The position numbers were made by a program, and so were the translations under genes. Below, piece after piece: positions 18,920-31,293 of a stretch of DNA of 64,000 bases (its first letter is position 1; each line of letters opens with the position of its first letter). The notes beneath the pieces are model-generated. The model ran no database searches. It saw nothing but the letters and a program-made list of their open reading frames with translations, and had not been told where the DNA came from. Source of the DNA: an uncultured bacterium (lineage in GTDB: Bacteria > Oederibacteriota > Oederibacteriia > Oederibacteriales > Oederibacteriaceae); NCBI GenBank assembly GCA_965112635.1, contig OZ218778.1:243666-307665 (forward strand), given 5' to 3'.

Positions 18920-21010
18920 CTAAACGGTGTTTAAAAGCTCAATCAGTTCCCCGACCTCAAAAGGTTTCCTAAGGCTTCCGTTAAATCCGTATTTCTTGGG
19001 TTCCACGATCACCGGGTCATTGTAATATCCGCTGGAGACGAACACCGCCAGGTTTGGGGCGAACCCCCTGATCTTCTCGACCGCCTCCTTGCCTCCCATG
19101 CCCATGGGGATGGTAAGGTCCAGGATCACCGCCATAAAAGGTTCCTTTTGATGCTCCGGGTTTTTTAAAAACTCTAGGGCCTCTTTTCCGTCCTTGGCGC
19201 CGATGGGAGCGCACCCCAGGGTGATGAGCGTCCGGGCCAGCATTTTGACCACATCCGGCTCGTCGTCCATGATCAATATCTTGCCTGTCTTTTTCAGGTT
19301 AAACACCTTCTGAGCCGCATCCTCCGGCAAAGGCTTTTGGGAAGCAGGCAGGTAAACATGGAAGGTGGACCCTTTGAGCGGAATGGATTCTACATCGATA
19401 CAGCCGCCATGATTTTTGACGATGGAATAGGCTGAGGTCAATCCCAGGCCGCGTCCTCCGATCTTGGTGGTGTAGTAGGGGTCAAAAATGCGTAGCTGCA
19501 CCTCCGGCGCTATCCCTGTCCCGTTGTCCCTGAAGGAAACCCTGACATAATTTCCTTCCGGCAAACTGGGATGCTGCTTGGCCAGGAGGGTCACGTTTTC
19601 CGCCGTCACTTTAAGGCTCCCTCCGCCGGGCATGGCCTGGACCGCGTTGAGGAGGATATTTTCAAAGACCTGCCCTATCTGATTCTCGTCATAATCCAGG
19701 GACCACAAACCTTGTTCGATCCTGAACTCCGGACGGATACGGGACCCGCTCAGGGTGAACTGGACGACACTGGGGATGAATTTGGCCAAAGTGCCCGTCT
19801 TTTTGGTCGGAGCCCCTCCTCTGGAAAAGGTGATCAGTTGGTTGGTGATGGACCGGGCCCGTTCCATGGTCTTGAGGGAATCGCTGAGGCACTCCAGCAT
19901 ATCCTGCCGTTTGGGGTCCATGCGCAAAAGCTGCAGGTTGCCGTAAATAATACTGAGCAGGTTGTTGAAATCGTGGGCGATGCCCGCGGCCAGGATGCCG
20001 ATGGACTCCAGCTGCTGGGTCTTTTGGAGCTGCAGTTCGTATTTCTCGTGCTCTTCAACGGCCCGCTTGCGGTCCGTGATGTTGCGGCAAAAGGATACAA
20101 TATCCTTGACCCCTCCGCCGGTTGTTTCCACCGTGGCATTGATCACGACATGGACGCGGGTGCCGTCGCGGTGCTGGTAAATTGTCTCAAAATCATTGAG
20201 ATACCCCTGCCGGGCGCACAGAGCCACCGCCCGGGCGTCCTTTTCCTTCTCCTGGGGAGCGGTCCATTCGATGACCGAATGCCCCACCACTTCTTCTGCA
20301 CGATTAAAACCTGCGAGGCGGCAGTAGGGTTCGTTGGCCGCCCGGACCACCCCGTGGTCATCGGTGACCGCAAACCCTGTATCCGTATTGTCCAAAAGCT
20401 GGCGGTATCTCGTTTCGCTTTCCAAAAGCTCCCTTTCCGTCTTTTGGCGCCGGGCCAGTTCATCCTGGGCTTGGCTTAGGTTTTTCCTCATGTTGGTCGT
20501 AAGAACATCGACGGCAAAAGCCCACACCGTCAGGATAATGGTGATGACAATAAAGTCAAAACCAAAGGTTTCCGGGATGGGCAGCGGCTGGTACCATCCG
20601 TATTTTTGGCCGAAAACCAGCCAGGCGAGAGAGGCCAAGACCAGGCCGACCGTGATCATCAAAGCGGTCCGTCCGAGGGTGAGCCCGGCGACCACAAAGA
20701 TTACTGGAATAGCGAGGATTCCAACATCCCTGTAGCCCTGGCCATAAGTCGCAAAAAGCACCAGGATGACCAGCTGAAAAAAGATAAGGACCCAGTTGCC
20801 CAAAATAGTCTTGCCCCGTAACAACAGGATAAAGGGAACAAGTTGAAGGATACTTCCAATGATAGCGACCGCGATCTCATAAGGCTCCTTATCCAGGATG
20901 CCGGTAAGGATGAGAAAAGCATAGGCTATCCAGGCGACTGTCATCAGGGTGAAAAGAACCCGGCGGTTTTGTCTGTCCTGGACGCTTTCAATATTGTTTG
21001 GCAAGGTCAA
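18920..21010 (-). CDS. hybrid sensor histidine kinase (multi-TM N-terminus, PAS, HisKA, HATPase, C-terminal receiver)
   Basis: H-box [10 protein letters not shown]; HATPase motifs; receiver with ILIMDDEPD. Confidence 0.8.
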   Translation of the reverse strand: MTLPNNIESVQDRQNRRVLFTLMTVAWIAYAFLILTGILDKEPYEIAVAIIGSILQLVPFILLLRGKTILGNWVLIFFQLVILVLFATYGQGYRDVGILAIPVIFVVAGLTLGRTALMITVGLVLASLAWLVFGQKYGWYQPLPIPETFGFDFIVITIILTVWAFAVDVLTTNMRKNLSQAQDELARRQKTERELLESETRYRQLLDNTDTGFAVTDDHGVVRAANEPYCRLAGFNRAEEVVGHSVIEWTAPQEKEKDARAVALCARQGYLNDFETIYQHRDGTRVHVVINATVETTGGGVKDIVSFCRNITDRKRAVEEHEKYELQLQKTQQLESIGILAAGIAHDFNNLLSIIYGNLQLLRMDPKRQDMLECLSDSLKTMERARSITNQLITFSRGGAPTKKTGTLAKFIPSVVQFTLSGSRIRPEFRIEQGLWSLDYDENQIGQVFENILLNAVQAMPGGGSLKVTAENVTLLAKQHPSLPEGNYVRVSFRDNGTGIAPEVQLRIFDPYYTTKIGGRGLGLTSAYSIVKNHGGCIDVESIPLKGSTFHVYLPASQKPLPEDAAQKVFNLKKTGKILIMDDEPDVVKMLARTLITLGCAPIGAKDGKEALEFLKNPEHQKEPFMAVILDLTIPMGMGGKEAVEKIRGFAPNLAVFVSSGYYNDPVIVEPKKYGFNGSLRKPFEVGELIELLNTV

Positions 21011-21026
21011 GGTCGCTTCCCTTTCT

Positions 21027-24134
<3,108 letters not shown>

Positions 24135-25280
24135 TTAGCAGTTGAATATTTTCTTTTTTTGCTTCAGGTAATATTCATAGTTTTTGAGCGGGACAGTAGG
24201 CGGGCAGCGGTGGTCAAACCCGGGCACAAACCCTCCCTGCTTGACCGTAGCTTCCAGATATCTGAGCTCGTCGTCAATATCCTTGAACGAGCCCTGTATC
24301 TTGATCTTGTCCACTCCGCCCCACAGCAGGATCTGGTCCCCATATTTAGCCCGGAGCTTGACCGGGTCCGTGCCGCAGGCGCGCTCCATGGGGAACATGC
24401 AGTTGTATCCCGCCTCCAGGAAAATGGGCACCAACAGGTTGATGTCACCGTCGCAGTCCGTATAGATCACGTCGATCCCGTATTTGTGGAGCAGGCGGCT
24501 GATCTTCTTGTACTGGGGCAGGACATACTGGCGGTACATGGCCGGCGAGATCATGGGCCCGTTCTTAAAAGCCACATCCTCCCAGCCGTGGGCAAAATCG
24601 AACTGGACTTCCTTGAGAGCCGGTTCGATCAGGGCGCAGATAAAATCACCCATATACTCGATCATCTCGGCCATAAGCTCCGGCTGGTCGTAAAAAGCCA
24701 CGGTGATGTTCTCGAAACCCATCCAGTCACGGGGCTTGCCGATCATAGAGCCAATATCTATGCCCACGGGTACTTTGCGGTTGATCCAGCCCTCCACGTC
24801 CTTTTTCCAGGTCTTCGGATATCGCCCGGGGTCATGCGGGTCCAGCCTGGTCTTTTTGAACTCTTTCCAGTCCGCTGGGCCTTTGATGGGGAATTCGATG
24901 AAATGAGGGATGGAGGACATGCCCTTCTTTCTATTGATCTCGCATGTGACGCCGTTAGCGTCGATCATGATGACATGGCTTTCGCTTTTTTCCAGTATCC
25001 TTTCCTCAAAGTAGGGGTAAACATTCGTTTGTATCCCGTCCCCTTCGCAGCTTTCGATCCCGAAATACTGGTAGGCGGTCGCCTCGTCCTTGACCCATGC
25101 AGGCAGGCCCTGCTGGTGCCAGACATCCAGGGTCTCTTCCCAATACCCGAACTCAAAATTGGGGATCCTGTCCACGCTTTGATAATGCATGGTGCGCTGG
25201 AAGCGCTCCCGCGGGGACATGCTCTTATTCTTTTTGGGAGCCTGTTTTTTATCCGCTATTTTTTTAGCCGCTTTGACCAT
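24135..25280 (-). CDS. uroporphyrinogen decarboxylase (URO-D)/MtaA-family protein with Lys-rich N-terminal extension
   Basis: URO-D-like fold; ATG at 25280 has GGAGGGG RBS; alternative starts at 25364 and 25220. Confidence 0.75.
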   Translation of the reverse strand: MVKAAKKIADKKQAPKKNKSMSPRERFQRTMHYQSVDRIPNFEFGYWEETLDVWHQQGLPAWVKDEATAYQYFGIESCEGDGIQTNVYPYFEERILEKSESHVIMIDANGVTCEINRKKGMSSIPHFIEFPIKGPADWKEFKKTRLDPHDPGRYPKTWKKDVEGWINRKVPVGIDIGSMIGKPRDWMGFENITVAFYDQPELMAEMIEYMGDFICALIEPALKEVQFDFAHGWEDVAFKNGPMISPAMYRQYVLPQYKKISRLLHKYGIDVIYTDCDGDINLLVPIFLEAGYNCMFPMERACGTDPVKLRAKYGDQILLWGGVDKIKIQGSFKDIDDELRYLEATVKQGGFVPGFDHRCPPTVPLKNYEYYLKQKKKIFNC

Positions 25281-25388
25281 GGATCCCCTCCACAACGCGT
25301 AAGGAACGATGAAGTAATGATTGACCCTCAATAATAGAACAGGGGTACCCAATTGTAAATACAACGGATACCCCTGATCCTTATTAAA

Positions 25389-26207
25389 TTATGGGCGTTT
25401 TTTGGCCAGTCCCAGGAATGATACGACGACCAGCAACAGAACCGGCATAACCCCAAAACAAACCACGATGAAAGGGCCCGTGGGCATATCCAACCCGTAG
25501 CTGACGGCCATGGCCCCCAGGCTAACGATGAACCCGAAAACCCAACCGAAGATCAGCCTGGCCTTTATGGTGGTAAAAAAGTATGTGCTAATCAGCGAAG
25601 GCACGATCAGGTACGAGAAGACCTGCAGGACACCCGCGATGCTCACCGAGGAAGTGATGACGATCCCGAACAGCACATAGAACAGCAGGTCCCATCCCAT
25701 GGTCCTCTCGGTCCGGCGCCCGAAAGAAACATCCAGTAGGGGCTTGCGGAAAACATAATGGATCAACCCGACCACCGCGTAAATGACCGCCGTCTTGACC
25801 ACATCATGCCAGGTCACCCACAGGATCTGCCCGGCCAGCAGGTCTTTGATGTGTTCCAGGCCGTGGGCCAGCCTGTTGGCCACCAGCACGACCGCGGCCG
25901 AGGAAAGGGCGAAAACAACACCAATGATCGCTTCCTGCGAGAACATGCTTTCTTGTCTCCGGGCCAAGGCGAATATCCCAGCCGCCAAAAAGGTCGAACA
26001 TAAGGAGATGAAATAAAGGGTCAGAGAGTGTTCCTCGAACCCCAGCAGCAAAGCCACCGAGGCCCCCAGCGCCGCGACCTGGGCCAGGGAGAGATCCACG
26101 AAAATCACTCCCCTGGCCAGCACATGCATGCCCAAGTAGCAATGGATGCCCGCTAAAATAAGGGACATCACAAAAGGCGCTAAAAGGAACTGAATAGCTT
26201 CGTTCAT
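25389..26207 (-). CDS. metal ABC transporter permease, ABC-3 (ZnuB/MntB/TroC-like)
   Basis: 272-aa polytopic membrane protein of ABC-3 size and pattern. Confidence 0.85.
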   Translation of the reverse strand: MNEAIQFLLAPFVMSLILAGIHCYLGMHVLARGVIFVDLSLAQVAALGASVALLLGFEEHSLTLYFISLCSTFLAAGIFALARRQESMFSQEAIIGVVFALSSAAVVLVANRLAHGLEHIKDLLAGQILWVTWHDVVKTAVIYAVVGLIHYVFRKPLLDVSFGRRTERTMGWDLLFYVLFGIVITSSVSIAGVLQVFSYLIVPSLISTYFFTTIKARLIFGWVFGFIVSLGAMAVSYGLDMPTGPFIVVCFGVMPVLLLVVVSFLGLAKKRP

Positions 26208-27128
26208 TTATTTACCCTCAATGATCGAGACAAGCCGCTCCACCAGGTCGTCAGTGGTCTTGACGGCTGGCTCTCCGCCGACCTCCTCCGGAACCATGAC
26301 CACCCTCATTCCCGGCACCTCCTGGATGACCTTGTCGGCAAAGCTGGTGTCAAAGACATTCTCCACCATGATCAGCTTGATCCCCTGCTCTTTGGCCACC
26401 CGGATCACTTCCAGGATATGCTTGGCCGTGGGCGGGATACCGGGTTTTGGCTCCATGGTGATGGGATTCTCGATACCGAACCGGTCAAAGAAATAATTGA
26501 GCGTTTTGTGATAGGTGATGATCTTCTTGACGCCGGCCTTGTTGATTCTGTCCAGCCATGCCTTGGTCTTTTCCTCCAGTCGTTGCTGCATTTTTTTGGC
26601 GTTATCCATGTAAAGATCGGCGTGTTCCGGGTCCATTTCTCCCAGATGTTCGGCGACTTTGATCGCCACCTGTCCTACCCGGATGGGATCAGTCATAAAG
26701 TGGGGATTTCCAAAAGGATGGACATCTCCTTCTGCCCTGGAAACCTTGGTATTGGGAACCTCGATGGTCTCGATGAATGGCCCCACCTCCAGATAACCGG
26801 CAGTTCCCGGCATGACTTTGGGATTGCGCGCCCCCTGCAGGATGGGAGGCAGCCATCCTATCTCCAGCTCCAGCCCGATGGACACTACCAGGTCAGCGCG
26901 ATTGACCTTGACCATATAGGAAGGTTTGGCCTCTATGTAATGGGGGTCCTGGGTCCCTTTGGACAGGGACTCCACGGTCACATGATCCCCGCCGATCTCC
27001 GAGACCATGGCGGCCAGGTCCGGGATGGTTGTGATCACGTTAAGTTTAGCCTGCGCTGGTCTGGCCAAGGCACACGCCACGACCAAACCAAACATCGTTA
27101 ATGTTCGTTTCATAATGGTCCTCCTCAA
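26208..27128 (-). CDS. metal ABC transporter substrate-binding protein (ZnuA/TroA-like)
   Basis: signal peptide, cluster-9 SBP-like sequence with His/Glu/Asp metal-site region. Confidence 0.85.
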   Translation of the reverse strand: MRRTIMKRTLTMFGLVVACALARPAQAKLNVITTIPDLAAMVSEIGGDHVTVESLSKGTQDPHYIEAKPSYMVKVNRADLVVSIGLELEIGWLPPILQGARNPKVMPGTAGYLEVGPFIETIEVPNTKVSRAEGDVHPFGNPHFMTDPIRVGQVAIKVAEHLGEMDPEHADLYMDNAKKMQQRLEEKTKAWLDRINKAGVKKIITYHKTLNYFFDRFGIENPITMEPKPGIPPTAKHILEVIRVAKEQGIKLIMVENVFDTSFADKVIQEVPGMRVVMVPEEVGGEPAVKTTDDLVERLVSIIEGK

Positions 27129-27131
27129 CGT

Positions 27132-28229
27132 TTAGTAAGAATGGGCGGGATGAGCGCCGATGGTGATGTTCATTTGCACGCTGACTTTATTCTCAGGGGT
27201 ACCTAGCCCGTCCTCCAAATGGTCGTACTGTAGCCTAAAACCTGAAAACTCGGAAGGCAGCAGCGCCAGCAGCACGCTTTCTTTTTTCTGGGTCTGGACT
27301 ATTCCCTGCTGGGCCGCGCTAATATCCTGGACTCCCGCCTGGGCATCTTCAAACCTGGCCTGGATCCACCACAGTTCGGCGAACTGGTACTGCACCCAAG
27401 TGGCCATGCCACTCTGGAACTCTCCGTTGGGGTCTCCTTTAAGGTCAGCCCAGAGGCACTCCGTGTTCCAGATCATGGAGTTGTATTTGCCGCCCACCAG
27501 GGGACGCCATTTAAAGGTCAGGTCCGAACCATAAACCTGGGAGTAGGAGCCGTACTGGTTGTTTCCTTCAGTGCCGGACACACCCCAGTCCATCGTGGTC
27601 TCTTCGGTCAAGTCCCAAAGGTTCCTTAAATGGACCAAAGACGCCGGGCTGTTGCGGTCAGGACTATCGTAGAGGATGGAGTTGGTCCCCTGAAATTCCT
27701 GCACCGTGAGCTCCATGAACCAGTCCGTGGGCATCAAAAAGGCGCCCGAAACGCCCACTCCGCTCAAGCTGTCTCCCACCAGCTCCTGGTCGATCAGGGG
27801 CGCGTCAATGAAGGGAAAGGCATGGGTATGCATGGTATTGTGGCGATCCAGGGCGGTCTTAAATTTCCCCAGTTTAAAGGTCATGCCTGAAAGATCGATG
27901 GTTTCCACAAAGACCTCTTCGGGGTCGATCCCAAAATCTGAAGTCGGGGAGTCCTGACTGATGGAAAGCAGGGCATTGGCGTGGAAATAAGGGTCCACGT
28001 CGGAAAAGAACTGCATCTCCGCTTCCTGCAAATAGAACCCGTTTAACTCATTGGGAAACAATGTGGAAGTATCGTTTCCCCTGTTACTGTTCTGATAAAG
28101 GGTTAAAAAATTAACTGATGTATCGGGATTGGCGTATTTGGTGTTGGCATTGACCTGGGCCGTCAGGGGCAAGGCACACAGGAGGGCCGCTGCCATGAAT
28201 ACACCTATGCCCGAATATAATTTAGACAT
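27132..28229 (-). CDS. putative outer-membrane beta-barrel protein/porin
   Basis: signal peptide MSKLYSGIGVFMAAALLCALPLTAQ, alternating amphipathic pattern, C-terminal aromatic; AAGGAG RBS. Confidence 0.5.
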   Translation of the reverse strand: MSKLYSGIGVFMAAALLCALPLTAQVNANTKYANPDTSVNFLTLYQNSNRGNDTSTLFPNELNGFYLQEAEMQFFSDVDPYFHANALLSISQDSPTSDFGIDPEEVFVETIDLSGMTFKLGKFKTALDRHNTMHTHAFPFIDAPLIDQELVGDSLSGVGVSGAFLMPTDWFMELTVQEFQGTNSILYDSPDRNSPASLVHLRNLWDLTEETTMDWGVSGTEGNNQYGSYSQVYGSDLTFKWRPLVGGKYNSMIWNTECLWADLKGDPNGEFQSGMATWVQYQFAELWWIQARFEDAQAGVQDISAAQQGIVQTQKKESVLLALLPSEFSGFRLQYDHLEDGLGTPENKVSVQMNITIGAHPAHSY

Positions 28230-28256
28230 AGTTTTCTCCTTAATTTTTTAGTTGAC

Positions 28257-28280
28257 GAACCTGTAGCGTTTAACAGGTTC
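28257..28280. promoter_or_regulatory. 8-bp inverted repeat GAACCTGT-N8-ACAGGTTC just upstream of the OMP/SBP/permease operon RBS
   Basis: read directly. Confidence 0.3.
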
Positions 28281-28296
28281 TACGGAACCTAACGAA

Positions 28297-28563
28297 TTAG
28301 GAGACGGCAGGCGGAGCCTTGTTGCTGATCAGTTCCTTGGCTGGAGTGGGTAAAAAATCAGGGATGGGATTGGGTAAGAATGAAATGAATTCGAACTGGG
28401 GAGTGATGACCACGGCCTCTACCGTGCTGACGAATACGCATTGGCCCCAGTTGCACGCTAAACAATGGTCATCGGGTTCATCCAAGGGATGGTTATGGAG
28501 GAATGGGATAGCTGAAAACCACAAACACAGAACGATAAATAATATTTTTTTGGTCAGTGTCAT
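28297..28563 (-). CDS. small secreted/membrane protein with HNH..DxxDH and CxxC motif (possible metal-binding)
   Basis: 88-aa ORF from ATG 28563; signal-like MTLTKKILFIVLCLWFSAIPFL then HNHPLDEPDDHCLACNW. Confidence 0.4.
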   Translation of the reverse strand: MTLTKKILFIVLCLWFSAIPFLHNHPLDEPDDHCLACNWGQCVFVSTVEAVVITPQFEFISFLPNPIPDFLPTPAKELISNKAPPAVS

Positions 28564-28620
28564 GGCTATAAGGCTAACCCTTCTCACCCAATAAAGTCAA
28601 GAGAGTAGAAGTTTGTATCA

Positions 28621-29244
28621 TTACTCGTAGCAACCACAGTCTTTGCTGCTAGCGTTCTCCCAGCCTTCCCGGCCGATGAGCACGGCAATGCCCAGGCTGG
28701 TGACCGAGTCAAACCAGGCCAGCCCGGTCGCGGTAAAGAGAAACGACCCGGCCAAAAGCAATCCGGACAACCACATGCAGGATAAGGTGCAAAAAGCATC
28801 GGCCTCCAGGGCCGGACTGCGCAATCCCTGGGCCGCCTGCTTTTTATAATGATAGAGGACAAACATCACTCCCAGGGAGATGACGGCAATGATCATGCCG
28901 GGCAAACCGGTCTTGGGCCTGAACTTATCGCTCCACTCCAGGACCACTCCGGCCGCCAGCAGGACGGACAATAATAAAAGGAACCAGCCGATGATGCGGT
29001 GGGCCAGGTGTTCGGCCCCGGCTGTCCGTGTTTTTTTGGATTCCCTGCGGCTGAAACACCATAGCACCACGACCGCCGAGGCGGTCTCGATAAGGCTGTC
29101 GAACCCGAACCCCAAAAGGGATAGGGACTCCGCGGCCAGGCCGAACCACAGGCTCACCAAAAACTCGGCCAGGTTGTAAAAGACCGAAGCCCAGGCCAAA
29201 ACAAGGGCCAGCTTTACCCACTGGCGCCGTGGTACTTTTTTCAT
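28621..29244 (-). CDS. cation-diffusion-facilitator-like membrane protein, TM domain only
   Basis: ~207-aa polytopic protein with CDF-like TM motif SLSLLGFGFDSLIE and C-terminal CGC; AAGGAG RBS before ATG 29244. Confidence 0.5.
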   Translation of the reverse strand: MKKVPRRQWVKLALVLAWASVFYNLAEFLVSLWFGLAAESLSLLGFGFDSLIETASAVVVLWCFSRRESKKTRTAGAEHLAHRIIGWFLLLLSVLLAAGVVLEWSDKFRPKTGLPGMIIAVISLGVMFVLYHYKKQAAQGLRSPALEADAFCTLSCMWLSGLLLAGSFLFTATGLAWFDSVTSLGIAVLIGREGWENASSKDCGCYE

Positions 29245-29255
29245 ACACACTCCTT

Positions 29256-29299
29256 AAAAAAGAAAAGCAGCCTTCGCTTAGATAAGAAGACTGCTTTTC
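29256..29299 (-). terminator. candidate rho-independent terminator after the small ORF (9-bp stem, 20-nt loop, T6 on minus strand)
   Basis: GAAAAGCAG...CTGCTTTTC inverted repeat followed on the minus strand by TTTTTT. Confidence 0.4.
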
Positions 29300-29316
29300 T
29301 CAGAATCCCTAATAGA

Positions 29317-29388
29317 CTAACAGCATTTCCCCTTGTGAACCTTACCACAACCAGGGCACTTCTTTGCTTTTTTTGTCTTTTTCGCCAT
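29317..29388 (-). CDS. unannotated 23-aa Lys/Cys-rich small ORF (MAKKTKKAKKCPGCGKVHKGKCC)
   Basis: ATG 7 nt after AGGAGGG, below the ORF-track size cutoff, followed by the terminator hairpin; 50 nt downstream of the URO-D gene. Confidence 0.3.
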   Translation of the reverse strand: MAKKTKKAKKCPGCGKVHKGKCC

Positions 29389-29438
29389 ATGCCCTCCTTT
29401 CTTTACAGCATTATACTCCAAAAACATTTCAAGTAAAT

Positions 29439-30485
29439 CTACCCTGCTTTTCTAGCCTCGTCATACATGGCCACGATGTTCTCCACCGGCGTGATGGACT
29501 GGATATTATGGCAGGGCGATAGGATATACCCCCCTCCCTCACCCAAAATCCTGATATTATCCCGGACCTCCTGCCTGACTTCGGCAACCGTTCCAAAGGG
29601 CAGGGTCTGCTGGTTGTCCATGGCTCCGTGGAAGCACAGCTTGGCGCCGAAGGTTTTCTTGAGCACCTGCCGGTCCATCCCTGCGCAGCGCCACTGGATG
29701 GGGTTCAAAATATCCACCCCGATCTCGACCAGGTCCGGGATGATGGCTAGGATGGCCCCGTCGCTGTGGGTCATGACGTAAGCCCCGTGCTTGTGCACCA
29801 ACTCCATCATTTTTTTCATCCTCGGTTTTAAAAATTTCCTGAAAATAGCCGGGCTGTACAAAAGGGATTCCTGGGTCCCCAGGTCTTCGGCGATATAGGC
29901 AATATCAATGTTCCCCTTGGCAGCAATGAGGGTCTTTTCGTTCAGTTCGTAATGGATCTGGAAGATCCGCTCCAGGGCCGCTTCCACCATCTCCGGATTC
30001 TCGTAAAAGTCGGACATGGCCTGTTCCATGCCCCGCATATAGCTATAAAGCCACATCGGCTCAAAGTAACTTCCCTGGATGGGTCTGCCCTTGTATTCCA
30101 GGCATTTGTCCAGGACATTTTCAAAGGTCCACCATTTTGGATCCGGCCAGGGATAATCTTCCATCTCCTTGACGCTGGTGATCTTGGCCAGGGGGTTGCG
30201 GGCTATCTCATCATAAGTTCCGGCGCCGTTGGCATAGTTGACCTTCCGCCACTCCATGCCCCAGATATCCGCCTTGCCCCGTTCCTTGGCATGGGGGTCG
30301 TGCAAATCCCCGCCCACCCCCACAACGCGGTCTATGTTCAGTTTGGCCCAAAGTTCATCCGGGTTCTTGCATTTCAATTCTTGGAGAAGCTTATCGGTGA
30401 TCTCCGGTGTTCCCCAGTAATCCGTCGGGATATGGTCCACGCCTTTCTTGGCTATGGTCGCTCTCCAGCGTTCCTTAGAAGTCAT
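29439..30485 (-). CDS. uroporphyrinogen decarboxylase (URO-D)/MtaA-family protein
   Basis: 348-aa ORF with URO-D-like fold. Confidence 0.8.
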   Translation of the reverse strand: MTSKERWRATIAKKGVDHIPTDYWGTPEITDKLLQELKCKNPDELWAKLNIDRVVGVGGDLHDPHAKERGKADIWGMEWRKVNYANGAGTYDEIARNPLAKITSVKEMEDYPWPDPKWWTFENVLDKCLEYKGRPIQGSYFEPMWLYSYMRGMEQAMSDFYENPEMVEAALERIFQIHYELNEKTLIAAKGNIDIAYIAEDLGTQESLLYSPAIFRKFLKPRMKKMMELVHKHGAYVMTHSDGAILAIIPDLVEIGVDILNPIQWRCAGMDRQVLKKTFGAKLCFHGAMDNQQTLPFGTVAEVRQEVRDNIRILGEGGGYILSPCHNIQSITPVENIVAMYDEARKAG

Positions 30486-30600
30486 TATTACCCTCCATTG
30501 TTCGAAGTGTCCTGTAAATTGGTTAATTCTTGCGCTTTAACGGCGTAAAGTCAAGCCAACGGCCTGTTCTGCAAAACACCTAATTCTAGCTTGACTTTTT

Positions 30601-30620
30601 AACTATACGCCCGTATAGTT
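30601..30620. promoter_or_regulatory. candidate TetR operator palindrome AACTATAC-GCCC-GTATAGTT
   Basis: perfect 8-bp arms 30 bp upstream of the TetR start. Confidence 0.4.
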
Positions 30621-30650
30621 ATACAGAGGTATAGATATAAAGGAGGCACA

Positions 30651-31292
30651 ATGCCTAGACCTTCGAGTGATTCTGATAAAAAACTTATCCAGGCAGCTTT
30701 GGAACTGCTGGACCAGACTGGTTTTAGCGGCCTAAAACTAAGGCAGGTGGCCGCTAAAGCCAAGGTCAACCTGGGCATGTTCCATTACCACTTCAAAACT
30801 AAGGAAGATTTTGAGGCTAAAGTTCTGGAAGCGGTCTACGAGAGTATGTTCAGCAAGCTCAGCCTTGAATCAACCGGCCCTGAACCTGGCCTGGAGCGTC
30901 TGAGGAAGGCCCTGTTCACCTTTGGCCAGTTCACCCGGCAGCACCGCCGCATAGTCCTGGGCCTTTTGCACGATGCCATGAACGGCCACAAGGGCATCCT
31001 GCAGTTCGCTCAAAAGAATTTTCCCCGCCATATCAAAGTCCTAGTTGACCTCATCCAGGAATGCCAACAACAGGGCTCTTTAGAAAAGTCGGACCCCATG
31101 GACGCCCTGATCTTTTTAATGAGTGCTATCAACCTGGCCAATGCCATTTCCGGCATACTGGAAAAAACTGAGGAACATAAACTCTTCTCCTTCAAGCTCA
31201 AGCTCATCCAGTCCCGCTTGATCTCCGACCAAGCCATCCAGCGCCGGGTGGACCTGGCTCTCAAAGCCCTGTCCCCGGCCAAAGGAGCCTGA
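30651..31292 (+). CDS. TetR/AcrR-family transcriptional regulator
   Basis: N-terminal HTH (FSGLKLRQVAAKAKVNLGMFHYHF), ~210 aa; AGGAGG RBS. Confidence 0.85.
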   Translation: MPRPSSDSDKKLIQAALELLDQTGFSGLKLRQVAAKAKVNLGMFHYHFKTKEDFEAKVLEAVYESMFSKLSLESTGPEPGLERLRKALFTFGQFTRQHRRIVLGLLHDAMNGHKGILQFAQKNFPRHIKVLVDLIQECQQQGSLEKSDPMDALIFLMSAINLANAISGILEKTEEHKLFSFKLKLIQSRLISDQAIQRRVDLALKALSPAKGA

Positions 31293-31293
31293 T

